From: Takakia lepidozioides
Taxonomy: Eukaryota > Plantae > Bryophyta
DNA: 64,000 bases
Direction: 5' to 3'
NCBI GenBank assembly: GCA_030704615.1
Contig: CM060732.1
Coordinates: 67,332,001 to 67,396,000 of the forward strand
Within the stretch, counting starts at the first letter, position 1. Each line of letters begins with the position of its first letter. Shown in pieces: positions 13,901 through 26,964 of this stretch. The notes under the pieces were generated by a model. It was not told the origin of the DNA and ran no database searches. It saw nothing but the letters and a program-made list of their open reading frames with translations. The position numbers were made by a program, and so were the translations under genes.

Positions 13901-15695
13901 TGTTTGCCATAGCCTTGTGACCATCGACCCAGGTTGGGCAGGGATCAGTCACTGCCTTTGTGAGGGGCTCAAAACAATTGGTTCGGGCTTTTCAGATTTC
14001 ATCTAGAAAGCCCTTCACACAAATATCAAATATGCTGTGTGTGAGCTGCCCACCAATTAGACCCCAACAGGGCCAGGGCTTTAGGCTCAGCCTCGAGGGT
14101 TTGAAATTTGGTGAACAGAAGGTGCAAGGAGTATGTTCTTGATGGTCCTGAAGAGGGTCGCTGATGAGCCCCCCAGACGTTGTATCAGAAAATGGATGTT
14201 GTCTTCAAGGCACCCCACACGTTGGGCAGTGACAATCTCCCTTTCCTCTCTGCATCTGTTTGTTGTTCGAAGGTAGACTCCCCGCCCTGGATTTTAATTT
14301 CATTCTAGTGCAAGGGTAGGTCGGCCCTTCAGATCATCCTTAAGCTCCTCACATATGTCACAAACTGGAAACAAGTTCAGTAAAGTTTTATGCCTGTTGG
14401 GACATTTTTCGTGCTTCTGACATGGCCTTTAGACACTTCAGCCTCCAGCTTCATCTAGCAGGGTCAGTTCTTCCTGCATAAAATTCAGGTACTTGAAAAC
14501 CTCCTCTACCTTTTCCGCCAGGACTTAGCCAGTTTAACAGGATGGTCTTGCTTCCAAGAAATAGAGTCAATCATCTTAGGATATCTGGTTAGGCCTGCGA
14601 TTCAACTGACCCCACCATCTGACCTTGAACTTATCATGTCGAGAGCTCAAGGGTGCTATGCCCGAACAGCCACATTAGCTGTTCTAGAGCACACTGACAT
14701 GCTCTCTGAGCACCAAAAGCTGACTGGATTCTAAAGTTTTAGCATGGTTGGAGTTGTCAATCTACAAGGCAGATGCGTACTCCAAGGTGGGCCTAATAAT
14801 GCTGCAAAGCATGGTCCTTCTTCAGTATTAATCCCTCTGCAGTGGAAAAATTGAGTGAGATCCAAAGCTTTGCGTTTAGCTGTTTGAACCACTTTTTGTG
14901 TATGTGCATCCGAGTTACAACTGAAGGAAATTTCAACACCAAGATACGTGTAGGAAGGGAGCACAGGGTTTTCTTCACTACCCCATGCCCATTTGAGATC
15001 CCCTCCTCCCTCCCCATGATCATTGAAGGCCACCACCGTGCATTTACTAGCATCAGCTTGTAGCCTCTGCAGGTCAAGGTACCTCTTTGCACAATCAATC
15101 AACTCTGAAGATTGGATGGGGGTATCCCCAGGCCCACGATGTCATCCGCAGAAATAAGAGCTGGTATGGTGGCATCATCCACCTTTAACTCTAATCCCTT
15201 GCTTTCCACATCTTCAAGGAGCTGATGAATGAAAACATTGAAGAGCAGTGGGGAGAAGGTACACCCTCGAGCTACACCGTGGTCAATGTCAACGAAATTA
15301 GACTTCTCACCATTGACAATAACACAATTTTTGGTGTTCGCATTCAGTTTGTGGACCATCCTCCACATCTTTCCCCTGCACCCAGAAGACCACAGACGAA
15401 GCAACGGCCTGCAGCGTCATATGCCTTTTTAACATCCAGGAAGAACACAAAGGTGGGTTTTCCTTCTTTTTGCCTTCCCTGAATTGTCTGGCTTAGGGTA
15501 ACCATATGGTCGATGCAGCCCCTTTTTCTCTGGAAGCCCCGCTGACAGTTATGGAAAATACTTCTAGACTCCAAATCAACCTCAAGACAGGTGCTGGTCA
15601 TCCTACAAAACAGCTTGCCAAGTGCGCTAAGCAGTGTAATGCCTGTTGGAGGTGTCAAGGCTATAGCCCTTGCATGGCACTCTGAGAATAGAACG

Positions 15696-15767
15696 GGACG
15701 GGTAGCTCAGTGGTAGAGCACCCCACCGGAATGGGGGAGGTCCTAGGTTCAATCCCTAGCCCGACCA
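15696..15767 (+). ncRNA. tRNA-like cloverleaf / Pol III type-2 promoter in TRIM LTR1 (not a canonical tRNA)
   Basis: GGACGGG-TA-GCTC AGTGGTA GAGC-A-CCCCA CCGGAAT GGGGG-AGGTC-CTAGG TTCAATC CCTAG-CCCGACC-A; A box TAGCTCAGTGG, B box GGTTCAATCCC. Confidence 0.8.
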
Positions 15768-15916
15768 CATGCCAACGGTTTTCCAACATGGCATCAGAGC
15801 CAAGGTTGTGGCAGTGGTCAGAATGGGTGGGCATTAGCAATAAGGGCTATGCCTTGAGGGGGAGTGTTGGAGGTGTCAAGGCTATAGCCCTTGCACAGCA
15901 CTCTGAGAACAGAATG

Positions 15917-15988
15917 GGACGGGTAGCTCAGTGGTAGAGCACCCCACCAGAATGGGGGAGGTCCTAGGTTCAATCCCTAGCCCGACCA
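15917..15988 (+). ncRNA. tRNA-like cloverleaf in TRIM LTR2
   Basis: Identical to the LTR1 copy except one G>A change in the anticodon loop. Confidence 0.8.
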
Positions 15989-18900
15989 CACGCCAGTGGT
16001 TTTCCAACAATGCCATGGTAGTTCCCAGGCTCTTGTCTGTCGCCTGTCTTATACAGATTGACAATGACACCTTCTCTCCAGCGAAAGGGTATCTTTCAGT
16101 CTTCCAAATAAGGTTGCAGAGGAGGGGAAGGGCCTCTACCACAGGATCACCACCATGCTTAATTAGCTCGTTGACAACCAGCTTTATGGCCCTTTAGATG
16201 TTATACTGCTTCAGCAATCTCAGAAGAGTAATCCCTTTGTGATATACTGCAGTTCATCAGGGCTGTCTTCGATCATAGGAACAGTCTTTCTACTGTATCC
16301 TTTCATTCTTTAGAAAACCCCTCACTATTAGAGTTAGATTCACGGCCAAGAAGGCTGTAGTGTGTTTCCAAGGTTTTCACAATCTCAACCATAGAAGTCA
16401 CCACTGCACCCTTGCTATTCATTAAGGCTTACTGACCCACAACTCTTCCCAATAGTTTTCTTCTGAGCCTTTACTAGCTCATTTACATCTTTTCACAGCT
16501 GGTAATATCTAGACCAGAGCTCTCTGTCGTCCTTGATATTACAGCAGTCTCTATAAAGCGCCCGTCTCTTGGCGATCTTAGCTTGATTTCACTGGTCCAC
16601 CAATTCACTGCTCTTCCACGTGTAGAAGACAGTAGAACATTAGACGAACAAGAAATTCACTACATCTGCAGGAGGCCCAAAAGACAGAGCGGAAAGCATG
16701 AAGAACAGTGTTAACTACTATAGAGAGGGAGAATCTGAATGGCTGTCCAAAAGAAGAGTGCTTACCGAATAGTAACATTCGAATCTGTTGCCACAGCATT
16801 CAAACTGATAGTATTGTCACCAATTAGCAAGTTGTTTCGAAGATCTCTGAATAGAAATGAAATGACAAACCCAGTCAAAGGCATTACCTTCCAAAAGCAT
16901 CTATTCTTCCCGTCCTCTCCTTTACAGACATAGCAACACAAAACATACAGTGGCACTCCTTTCTGTAACCAAAAAAAACATATACTAGTGAAGGAGACTT
17001 GAAAATGAACCCAGAAATGCCATAATAAACTCAACTGTTTAGACTACTTACATAAGTACTGAACTGTGAATTTGTTGGATGTTGTCAATGGTTGCTGGGA
17101 TTGTACCATTCAGCTGGTTGTCATTTAGCAACCTGGCAACACAGAATTGAAATTTCTGACTGAAGCCATCTAACAAGCTGTATAAATAGAGATATACTCC
17201 TGGTAGTGGACAGGGTTACACAGACCACACAGGTTGTGCCAGGTGAGCATGATTGGGGGCATCTTAGCTATCAGAGTCAGACACCATTACAACCATCAAA
17301 AGTCCAGACAACCAGAGAGGGGGAAGGAGATTTTTTTTTTTAACATGATAGGAGGCTCAAATGATCTGTGGGACTGAACGGAAGGCCCAAAAGAGATATT
17401 TCAAACCAAAATGACCGGTATTCCTGAATAAGAAATGAAAGAAACGGGGAAAGCTCAAAGAGCTTATGGGACAAGACAAAGAAAGGGGCCCTCCACAAGC
17501 AGCTCAAAAGAAACTATTGCTCTAGGGGTTGTCTAAGAGTCAATTCCTCATGCAGATATGCTGCTAAGCATTTCTGATCCTTGTAATGGAAGACCCTGTG
17601 AGGGATTGGGTATCACGGAACAGACAACAGAATCTCCCACAGATCTCATAGTAGAAAGGACAGTGAAAGAAGAAATGTTCTTCACTTTCGATTACCCTGT
17701 TGTTCCAAGTGCAAGCAAGCTATAGGTGGTCCTCATGTGGCAGGTTGTCCCACCCACCAGTCTCCGCAGACTGTGAGAGCCCACCCTAAACCTCCCCAGT
17801 ACCTTAGAAGATAGCAAGATAGAGCTGCAGATGGGAATTGGGCCGCAAGATTCTATCGTCACGGAGGACCATGTCTCCTGATAGAACTGCAGTTCACTTG
17901 TAGATTGGCTGGTTTCCATCTCTGCCAGACGTGAACCATAAGTTCTCGTCTGATGCATCTATTGCGGTCCTGCTTGGATGAGATTTCCACAGACAGAGAG
18001 CAAAAACATCCAGAGGCCATTGGACACAGTCTATCTCCAGGGGAAAAGGAAATAGCATATCCAGATACCTCAGAAGAAGAGACAGACAGATTGTACTCAT
18101 AAGACGTTGTTTGCCATAGCCTTGTGGCCATTGAAGAGACAGAGAGAGAGAAATGAAATGAAATGGTACTTTATAACGTCCGCGGAAAGCTCAAAGAGCT
18201 TAAGGGACAAAATGGACAGACAGACAGACAGAGAGAGTACTTCCAGTGGAAGAGAAGTAAAGAAGAAAATAAAACGATATGAAATGGTACTTTATAACGG
18301 CCGCGGAAAGCTCAAAGAGCTTATGGGAAAGAAAGACACCTTATAGCTTCCGCAGGGCCCCACAAGGGCCCATGAGATGAAGGTAGAACAAATCAAGAAC
18401 TATTACAGTATATATGAAGGGAGAGAAGAAAGTTGTATATTACATCCACAGTAGCCCATGCTTGTAAGGCTACGACAGAGATGAGGGTTTAAAAAAGGAC
18501 CAGGACAAGGAAGGTAGTTACAGAGCCTGAAGTGTTGGAAGGCTAAACAAGCTTGCCGGTATGTTCCCACTCAGATTGTTGTAAGACAGATTTCTGCCCC
18601 GCAATCACACATTTGACCACATCAATCACACTTCAGAATTAGCTTCACCTACTCAGAAGACCAGGTTACCAAAGACACTGGAGATCACTGCGTTCAACTT
18701 TGTTTACCTGATCTGGCACAAACATGCAAATTCAATACTTAGAAACCTCGAGTCAGAAGGGTACATGGTTGTAAGATGGCTGGAGAGATTTGATGCTGGG
18801 ATGATGCCCACAAGATTGTTGAAACTCAGATCTCTGTCCCACAAACATAAGCCAATCGATGTCTTGCACTTAAAAGACTCCTACATTACTATATTTATCA

Positions 18901-21900
18901 AAACAAATCACTTCTGCTTGAGCTCTCAACAAATAATCATTCATAATCCAGTCTTCAATGAATCCATCTGCACATTTATTTTCTCCATTGTAGTGACATA
19001 TTATGAGTCCAAAGGAGGACTTACAAAACGCTCAAATTGGAAAGATTTCCCAGCTCTAGAATGGTGCCATGCAAGCTGCAGTTCCGCAAACTCCTGCCTA
19101 TCCAAAAGCCTGCCAAGTAAATTTCCAAGATAACATCCAGGACAGATACATGAAAACCATACATCCATACTCTGAAAGGTCTTGATTCCCAAGCCAACTC
19201 ATCAGTAGTACTCACGACCGACTAACAGGAGACTTGAGAAAACTTACAGCTTAACCAGTTGGGTAAGTTTCTCGTATAATGTTGGAATTATTGCATTGCT
19301 GAAATTGTTGTGATCCAGTTGTCTGTTCAGGATGAAACAGGTACTCAATGTTCATAAGAGAGGTAAAACCAAGAGAAAAAAGGGAAAAAGGGAAAACAAA
19401 CCACATACACACATATCTTAATGCCTCAAGCTATGTTCAGAAAGGGGAAATACGCACACGCAGACAAACATAGTATGAACGGTTGAACTTACATAATTTG
19501 CAGGGTTGAGGCATTTGAAAGCTCATCTGGTAGATGACCTGTCATCTGATTGGAGTCCAACATCCTGCAACCCATTCCAAGACGTTGTACATCCCGTCAG
19601 CTTCTGAACCATCACAACTAGGTGTCAGCCTAGACAGAGGGAGGAATTCATGCTTACATCTATTAGACTATGTTGATCAGAAGACATGATAAGAATCCAA
19701 CACAAAAGGAGAACTGGTTAAGGCCGTTAATGAGAACCCACATGAACGGCGGGAGGTTAGTGATTTGATCACACACCCGAATACCACCACATGCAATGTT
19801 GTGTCAAACCAGGGGCATTGGGCCAAGAGCACCTTCAATGAATGCTAAATAGGCGTTGATTTTCATACACATACACATGAAAGTTCAGAGGCACGGTGGA
19901 TGTTAAGGTGACTTACAAATGAAGAAGTTCTGGAAGCTGACCCAGTTCTGGGGGAATGCTGCCACTCAACGAATTGTTGTTCAAATGCCTGTTTACCAGT
20001 GCCACAACAAGCTGTATAGTCCCGAATACAGCTCTATTGCTGCAGTTCCACAATCTGAGTCTTGGCTCATCAGACGTACAGAAGTGTTTTTTGGCTCTGG
20101 TTTTGTTTCCTCTCTATTTGTTTTTCCATTTTGTCCTATAAGCTCTTTGAGCTTTCCGAGGACGTTATAAAGTACCATTTCATTTTATTTGTGGGTTGGC
20201 AATCTTCTCCATTACAATAGCTAAGAAATTCCTCAGTAACCACCACAACACATTGTCGTAAGATGACTGCAAATGACAGCTCTTCCATGATACTTACAAA
20301 TGTTCAACTTTGGAAAGATTCCCAAACGAAGCAGGGAGAGATCCTGATAACTGGTTCTCATCCAGCTGCATCGTGTTCAAGTTGCTGAGATTGCCAAGCT
20401 CCCAAGGAATAGCGCCACTAAACTTGTTACCACTCAACAGCCTGGACCAACCCAACCATGATTCTGTCATCCTGACGGGCCCCCTTGGAAAAGCCTCTGA
20501 AGACTGCCCTCTGGTCAGGAGTCACGATTGCAATTCGTGGAGGGTCAATAGGTCCGTAGGCCAGAATTTGTTTCCAGGTTTTACGGAACCAGAGAATGCA
20601 CATGACACATTTGAAAACTGACTCTAATTTATAAGTGGAGGTAAGAGTTTGACAAGAGACAGATCTCTGAGCACATGGTTAGAATAAGTGAACAGGTAGG
20701 AAACAAATTACTTACAGAAATTTCAGATTTGTGAGGTTGCCAAGCGATGCAGGAATCTTCCCAGTGATATGATTCCACATAACATCCCTTCAATAAGACA
20801 CAAGGCCTCCCATCAAGAAAATCTTGAAAATGTCGACAAATTACCCTGGGATGAAAAGAGAAAGAGTGTGATTTCAGACAGAGTGTCACTTCATAACCAA
20901 AAGGACCCATGGATACAAAATATCGCTTGTATCACTGGTTTGGTTCATGAGAAAGGGAAAGAGAGAGAAGGAAGAAAAAATTAATGAGAGCCATACAAGT
21001 TTTTGAGGTAAGTGAGACCTCCCAGCTCTGGTGCCAAAACTCCACCCAACTTGAGATCAAGCAAGTGCCTGCGAACCTCCAACTTCCCCACATGACATGA
21101 AGATAGCTGTGACCAATCTAAGCATTCTTAACCAAGAATCGCTCTCTAACACGCTAGTTCTCTGGGTTTTCTGTGGGCCAGGTTTGGGAAGTTCCAAATT
21201 CTGTATGTGTGAGTCTCTTTCTCTTGTCGGTAAGCTCTTTTTTGGGCTTTCCTTGGATGGTAAAGAGTTCCTTCTTTCCTTCCTTTTCTGTGTGAGCCTC
21301 CTGTGGACAGAATGAAATTTTCTTCTCGTGGGGCGTGTATGTATGGTAACGTGTTCACGGTCACACAATTTCTTCTTTCTACGCTGCTTTCGGTCAGATT
21401 GAATGCAATGTGTATGCCTCTGCGCTCTACCAAAATGATTACAAAATCACGTCTGGTCCGATTGATGCTCGGTTAAACATGCCGAAGCTGGGGGCGCTCA
21501 CAATCAGACTAACCCACACCTGCAGCGAGGTTTGCACATTGGTAGCGCCCCCACTCTACTCTCCGACCCTTCCCCTCCATAAACCAGGTGGGGGCCTACG
21601 GACAGAAAGGCAACACAAAACACAAAACACAAACATAGATCGAAAGGTCCAAGTTTGTTGTTGAAGCTGATGAACCCATCACGTGACAGATAATTTCTGT
21701 TGCAATGGAGAATTTGATACAATTTTCCGCTGCAGAATTTGAAGTAACGATCTCAACTGACGTTTGAGGCATCGTGCTTAAAACCGGGGAGATGAGAAAG
21801 AGCACTCACAACTCTGATATATGAGACGTGTTGTTCACCTCAGTACAATACACCTTGTTCCACGAATCCCCGCAGGGATCATCTCCTTCCCAATTTCTGA

Positions 21901-24482
21901 GGTGATGATCTGGATCTTTAAGAGCCCACTTGAATGCCTTGAGAATGCCAGCTGCAGCCACAACGCACCACCTTACGATTATTACTATTACCCCTGGTTA
22001 ACTCCTAGCCCAACCTGATCAACCCTCCCTTGAGGGCAGGACCAATTAAATCTCCCTACAAATAATTTTGCAAGTAAGTTTAGGGTTTTACCCCTTTTTT
22101 TTCAAAAATAAAACAAAATAAAACATGGTGGCTGCCTTCTGAGACTCTGAAGAAGAAGATTGTTTGTTGTGCACAAGTCTACAGCTATGTCCCATTTGCA
22201 GAGATTGTAAAGGAAATGCAGAGGATATGGTATAGAATCTGCAAGCATTGCTGCCATGTTCTTAGAAAGAGATGATGGAGTCTTGCAGATATTTTTGGCT
22301 TTTCAGAGGTTACAGAGAAGAGCTCGTTGCAAAATAGGTGAGAAAAAAGCGGAAAAAAGAGGGCACCAAGTTGGGAGTTTTCAGTAGGCTCGAGTGTGGA
22401 CATCGAACATCTGTTCATGTTTCTTGATTTGTGTACTACATCTGACATTGATTAGTGCATCAGCTGACTCATGTTTACTCTGCAATGCTCGTCGTGAACA
22501 TCATCTCGAACAGCTTCTTGAAGCAGTTCCGAGCTACAATTCATGTTTGCCTACAAACTTTGAGTCCAATGCTGTCTTTGAGGACTAGCACTACAGGTCT
22601 GGTTCCTGCCTGGGCAACATTCTGGGGTCTTCATAGTTTCCAATCGCAGGAAATTTCAGGTCAAGACTTAGTCACTGCACTTGATCCGTAGTCTGATTCT
22701 CCTTCAGTATCCCTGAATCCTCCTTTCGTCAGTCACATTCACGTATGCGGTAAGCTGAGCTTAATGAAGAGGCATGTACAGATTGTTGAAATCCCCTACT
22801 TTTAGTCTAGCCGAGATATATGAGCACTACATACATCAGTGACACAAGTCTACAGTGTGTACGTACCATGTGTGAATAAATATACTTACTTTCTGAAGAA
22901 TCTGTGGCGGGGGTGGCAGCAGTGATGAGCGTTGTCACGCTAAGTAGAAACATCAATGCCTGGGATAATTCCTTCCGACATCTGACCAGCCTCGCCATGC
23001 TTGCACCCAGCATGCTTCTCTCCTGTATGATTGCCAACCTGATATGATGAGTCAAGCAGATCACGTCTGTGTGTGCGCGAAAAGGCGACGACGGCATTAC
23101 CTTTTAAACCCCCGGCGAGAATGTGTGCGTGTGTGTCTATATGTGCGTGAATGTAGATCTTGTCCACTCCTCGTGACCCAGGTTCCTATTTTTGAAAAGC
23201 AGAACTACTGCATTCGCACATGATCAGTCAGATTGATTTTATAGAAGGCTCCAGTTGGGTGAAAGCCAGTTTCAAGCCAGTAAAGAACTCCCCATTGTAA
23301 TACTCGAGGAGGCAGAAACCCAGGCGGGATTCACAGAGAGAGACCTCGGGTTAACTTGGATCGTGATAGACAACAAAGGTGCAGGCCTGATTGGCTTCAT
23401 CCGAATCAACGAGACGCATCACCAGGCAGAACGGCGAAAACTAAGATGCAGAAACTGAGGCTGCTAAGGATGGAAGGTCTAAACTGGCCCTCGACTTGAG
23501 TAGGAGGCATGGTGGGTTGGTGAGTGTGTGAGAGACAGCCAGATAAACACGAGCAACTTCAGGAATAGTCAGCTCGCTGCTTAGTTTGAAGTCAACTTAT
23601 ACATCAATCATTCATCACCAGTCACGTTCTAAATAGACTCGAAAGAAAGCTACGAAAAAGAGCTGTAACCAGAAACAGAAACGCCCGGGATAAATTGTGG
23701 TGCTGTAGCAGTCCAGGAGACAGAAGCCCAGCTAGCATTAGCTAGCCCAGGATCAACCGCGAAACATGGTTCATCCCAGCAACCTGATCCCAACTCCCAG
23801 CCGAGAAAGCGTGAAGGAAGAGAGGTGAAGAAGGAGAAGGTACACTGACGAACTGCGTGGAAGACGAGATTCCACCACACTGCGTCATTAGCTTAACATG
23901 TGCTTCTGACCTGTTCCCATCACCCAGCTTATTGGGGATAAACAGCATTCAGCTTTCAAGCCATGGTGAAATTGTTGTACATGTTCTTCGGCTCTCGGAT
24001 AAAGACGCTGGCAACTTAGTGATCAACATTAGAAAGCTGAGCTCTTCATTCGTAGGCAGGGCAAGTACTGCCTTATTTAATCTTCTAATTTGTACATCGA
24101 GCTGCCGTCATCGTCTTCCTCAAACGCAATGTCAATCGTACCAAGGTAGGTAAGCAGGCGTACGAGGCCATTGAAGCCTGCCTCTTGAGCAGCATCCTCT
24201 TACAGATATCATTGCTGTTGCTGCACTGCTGCTTTTTAAAAACAATTGAGGCATGCAGTGCTCGTGCTAGTGATTGGATTGTAGAGGGCCGCATTGGGAC
24301 CTGCAAGCTGGTAACCTCCACATATGATTCGGACGCAGTGAGGGCACAGAAGTTATCGATGACATGGAAGAAATGTGCCCCGAGGACTTAGACATAATCT
24401 CAAGATCACAAAAGGCAGATGAAGGCGCACCTTCGTTTTCGAGATTTGACGTCGCAAGCGACTCTAATTTGCTGCTATGGCT

Positions 24483-24643
24483 GGACAACCAGCATGTAGC
24501 CCAGTGGTAATGGCCACGTTGGATGTGGTTGTGGGTTCAAACCACGGTCTGGTGTGTCATGAAGGTGTCCACCTTTCAGCTGGAAGGCAGTAGCCCTTGT
24601 GGTGAAGAGACACCATAATTTATGCATGTCTATATATTTTTTA
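24483..24643 (+). mobile_element. tRNA-derived SINE with TSD; further copies at 24770-24905 (-), 56240-56351 (-) and 59830-60340 (-, split by an insertion)
   Basis: A box TAGCCCAGTGG, B box GGTTCAAACC, TA/T-rich tail, TSD GCTGCTATGG at 24471-24480 and 24644-24653. Confidence 0.85.
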
Positions 24644-26489
24644 GCTGCTATGGTTTTTCTCTCCAGCGTGCTCAGCAATTGGCCTGTGCAGTGATTTTTT
24701 TTTCACTTCTCCAAGATCGCCACAAGGGCCACATATAAATTCTACCCAACCTCCATGTGACGAGAATAGTATAATATATGACGCCTCCCCAAAGAAGCGT
24801 AAATTATGGTGTCACTTGAGGCTACTGGACATCTTTGTGACACCAATCGATGGATTGAACCCACAACCACTTCCGAGGTGGTATGTGCCCATTATCAGTG
24901 ACATTTAAACATTGGCGCTTTCTGGCGAATGTTTTGATTTTTACTTCCAAGATTCCTTTGTAAAAGTAGCTGCCCATTTTCTAGGTCAAAATCTTGCGAT
25001 TTTTTGCCAGATTCAAAAACACTATCCCTGTCCCATTACACAATATTTTTCCATTGTGTTTTAATTTGAATGAGCCACACAGGATTCTGTCACTTTTTTT
25101 TCTAAAAAAATTAAGGGGATAAAGCCCCATTGATTTATTTGAGAGGGAAAAAAATAAACCTTGAGGGGCCATAAAGCATACACACCATGTAGTAAGGGAC
25201 GAACTCAAGATTCCAGTCTTAGAGAGAACCATCCATCTGGATGAAAGTATGAGCTAAGACCTATGACAGACCCCTAAGGCATGCAAGTTATGGAGAAGCT
25301 AGAGCCCATGAGCACTGAGCTCTCTCGCAGCAGTGCTCAAATCACTAAGTAAGAATGAAGACCTATCCTACTGTGGCAAGACATGATCCGCAAGACACAA
25401 GGGCAACGGGATGAAGAGAGAGACAGCCTGGACTAGTTGATGTAGAGTTTTGATTGAGAACAGATGACAATGTTGATAATCCAAAATCCTAGCAGAAAGC
25501 TAGATCAATGAGAGAGCAAAGAGGAGGCAGGGGCCCAACTGATTTGGGAAGAGATCCAAAATCCCAGTACTAAGGAGATAGAATGAGAGTGCAACGAGGA
25601 AGGCTGAAGGGAAGAGATCCAAGCATGGGCCACCAAAACAGAAGCAAATGAATGGCCGGTGAATGCTGCGAATCGAGGTGAGGTGCTCAGAGAACTAATG
25701 GTCGAAGCAAAGCCTGCAGGTGGAGTGCCTGCCATTGACGTGTTCCCAGTTAATCTCTCTGTGGAACTCAGGTGAGTCAATGCAGCGTTGTTGTTGCCCT
25801 CTGCTAGTCGAATGTGGGGCTCCTGGACCATTGGCATCAACGTCGACGAAGTGTAGCTGCATATGATGCTAATTTGCGGAGGAGCCTAGGTTCAGCATCT
25901 GGATCCCTGCTGATGTCTACAAGCAACCCAAGCCTTTCTCGCCTCAATGTGAACTTCACTAAAGATAGTAGCCAACAATACAGAGAAACGGGTAGATGCT
26001 GGATAAGATGGACCAAAATTGGAGTTACCGGCACAGTTTTCAGTGACTGTCTTACATAATATCATGAATTGCTTTGAATAAAATCAATAATGTTGAAAAA
26101 CATTTTCCATGCTGGATTTTACATATATCAACTGTCACATTGTCAATCAAATAAAATGTCAAAGAGCTATGGACGTTTGAACACGACAATTGTGGACTGT
26201 TACCGCTGCAAATGGAAATACATGGACTCAAAATATAGGCAGGTACCTTTGGTGTATTGCTTTGAACTTTTGAGGTAAGGGGGCCAATTTAGAGAACACT
26301 CTAGATTTCAATTTAAAATGACAATATCAGTTTGTCATTTACTACCCAAAGAGAGGGATTTTTTGAGAAGTCCATAGTATACTTTATTTTAATGTTTTGG
26401 GGGTGCTTTTCTCTATTAAAAGGGTACAAGAAACAATTCTCTACAATGGCTCGTTAAGAAACCCGAACCAAAATTCGATTGGTCCACAC

Positions 26490-26720
26490 CAGTGTTATGC
26501 GGGTAAATCATTTATCCGGATTTACTTGGCAGATAAATCAGGGTAAGGGTAAATGATTTACCCGGATTGGATTTACCCTTACCCTTACCCTTCAGACGGG
26601 TAAATAATCTGAGATACCCTTACCCTTACCCGTCTGAATGGTAAATAGTTTCCATGTATCATTTACCCGCGGGTAAATAAACATTTTGGAGGATAAATAG
26701 CAAAAAGATAAATAAAAAAA
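26490..26720. repeat. Cluster of GGGTAAAT/ATTTACCC inverted motifs (DNA-transposon subterminal-like); a related patch lies at 3655-3815
   Basis: Repeated gggtaaat, atttaccc and ttaccc motifs in both orientations. Confidence 0.5.
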
Positions 26721-26964
26721 CTAAAGATAGGAGTTACACCTTTATTGCTGTATGAAGACCATGTTGCCATATAAATGTTGAGACTTCAATTTTAAAGCTT
26801 CTTGAGAAATCCAAGTGATACTCTGTCAGCGTACCACTCTTGTGCGTGATCTCTATGCGTGTGTAACCCTGTTGTGTCTCTCACCTGCGTGCTTGCACAC
26901 CGTCTATCTTCCAGTGTCAATCGTATACAAGGAGAGAGAGGTTGGGTGAATTTCATCGCTATAT

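Larger units (their letters stand above)
15644..16009 (+). mobile_element. Complete TRIM (miniature LTR retrotransposon) with a tRNA-like module in each LTR
   Basis: LTR1 15644-15788 and LTR2 15865-16009 (145 bp each, TGTTGGA...TCCAACA, 8 transitions). PBS TGGCATCAGAGC at 15789 (iMet-type). PPT GAGGGGGAG at 15856-15864. TSD ATGCC at 15639-15643 and 16010-16014. Confidence 0.95.
13880..16610 (-). mobile_element. Decayed LINE (reverse transcriptase region) in an RLK intron, interrupted by the TRIM
   Basis: RT motifs PGNYHGITLLS, QRGFQRKRGCIDH, FFLDVKKAYD, GVARGCTFSPLLF, ADDIV and YTYLGV; multiple stops and frameshifts. Confidence 0.9.
6848..23013 (-). pseudogene. LRR receptor-like Ser/Thr kinase, LRR-VIII-1 type (At1g06840/At5g01950-like), ~20 exons; frameshifted, so a probable pseudogene or null allele
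   Basis: Signal peptide exon (22890-23013); LRRNT exon NWEGDDPCGDSWNKVYC (~21840-21955); a run of mostly single-LRR exons (16.8-21.1 kb); extracellular exon WQPGPRL...FGPYELI (11908-12385); TM GWIAGIVIGFIAII (~11050-11120). Kinase exons: [70 protein letters not shown]. Stop at 6848. Frame switch at ~12165. Confidence 0.88.

Noticed and set aside
15696-15988. Two tandem functional tRNA genes
   Set aside because: They lie within LTRs, have acceptor and anticodon-stem mismatches, lack U33, show Ser-like anticodons (GGA/AGA) without a long variable arm, and have no immediate T-run terminator.
23600-26050. Protein-coding genes among the short ORFs
   Set aside because: Stop-riddled, with no recognisable motifs or consistent exon structure.
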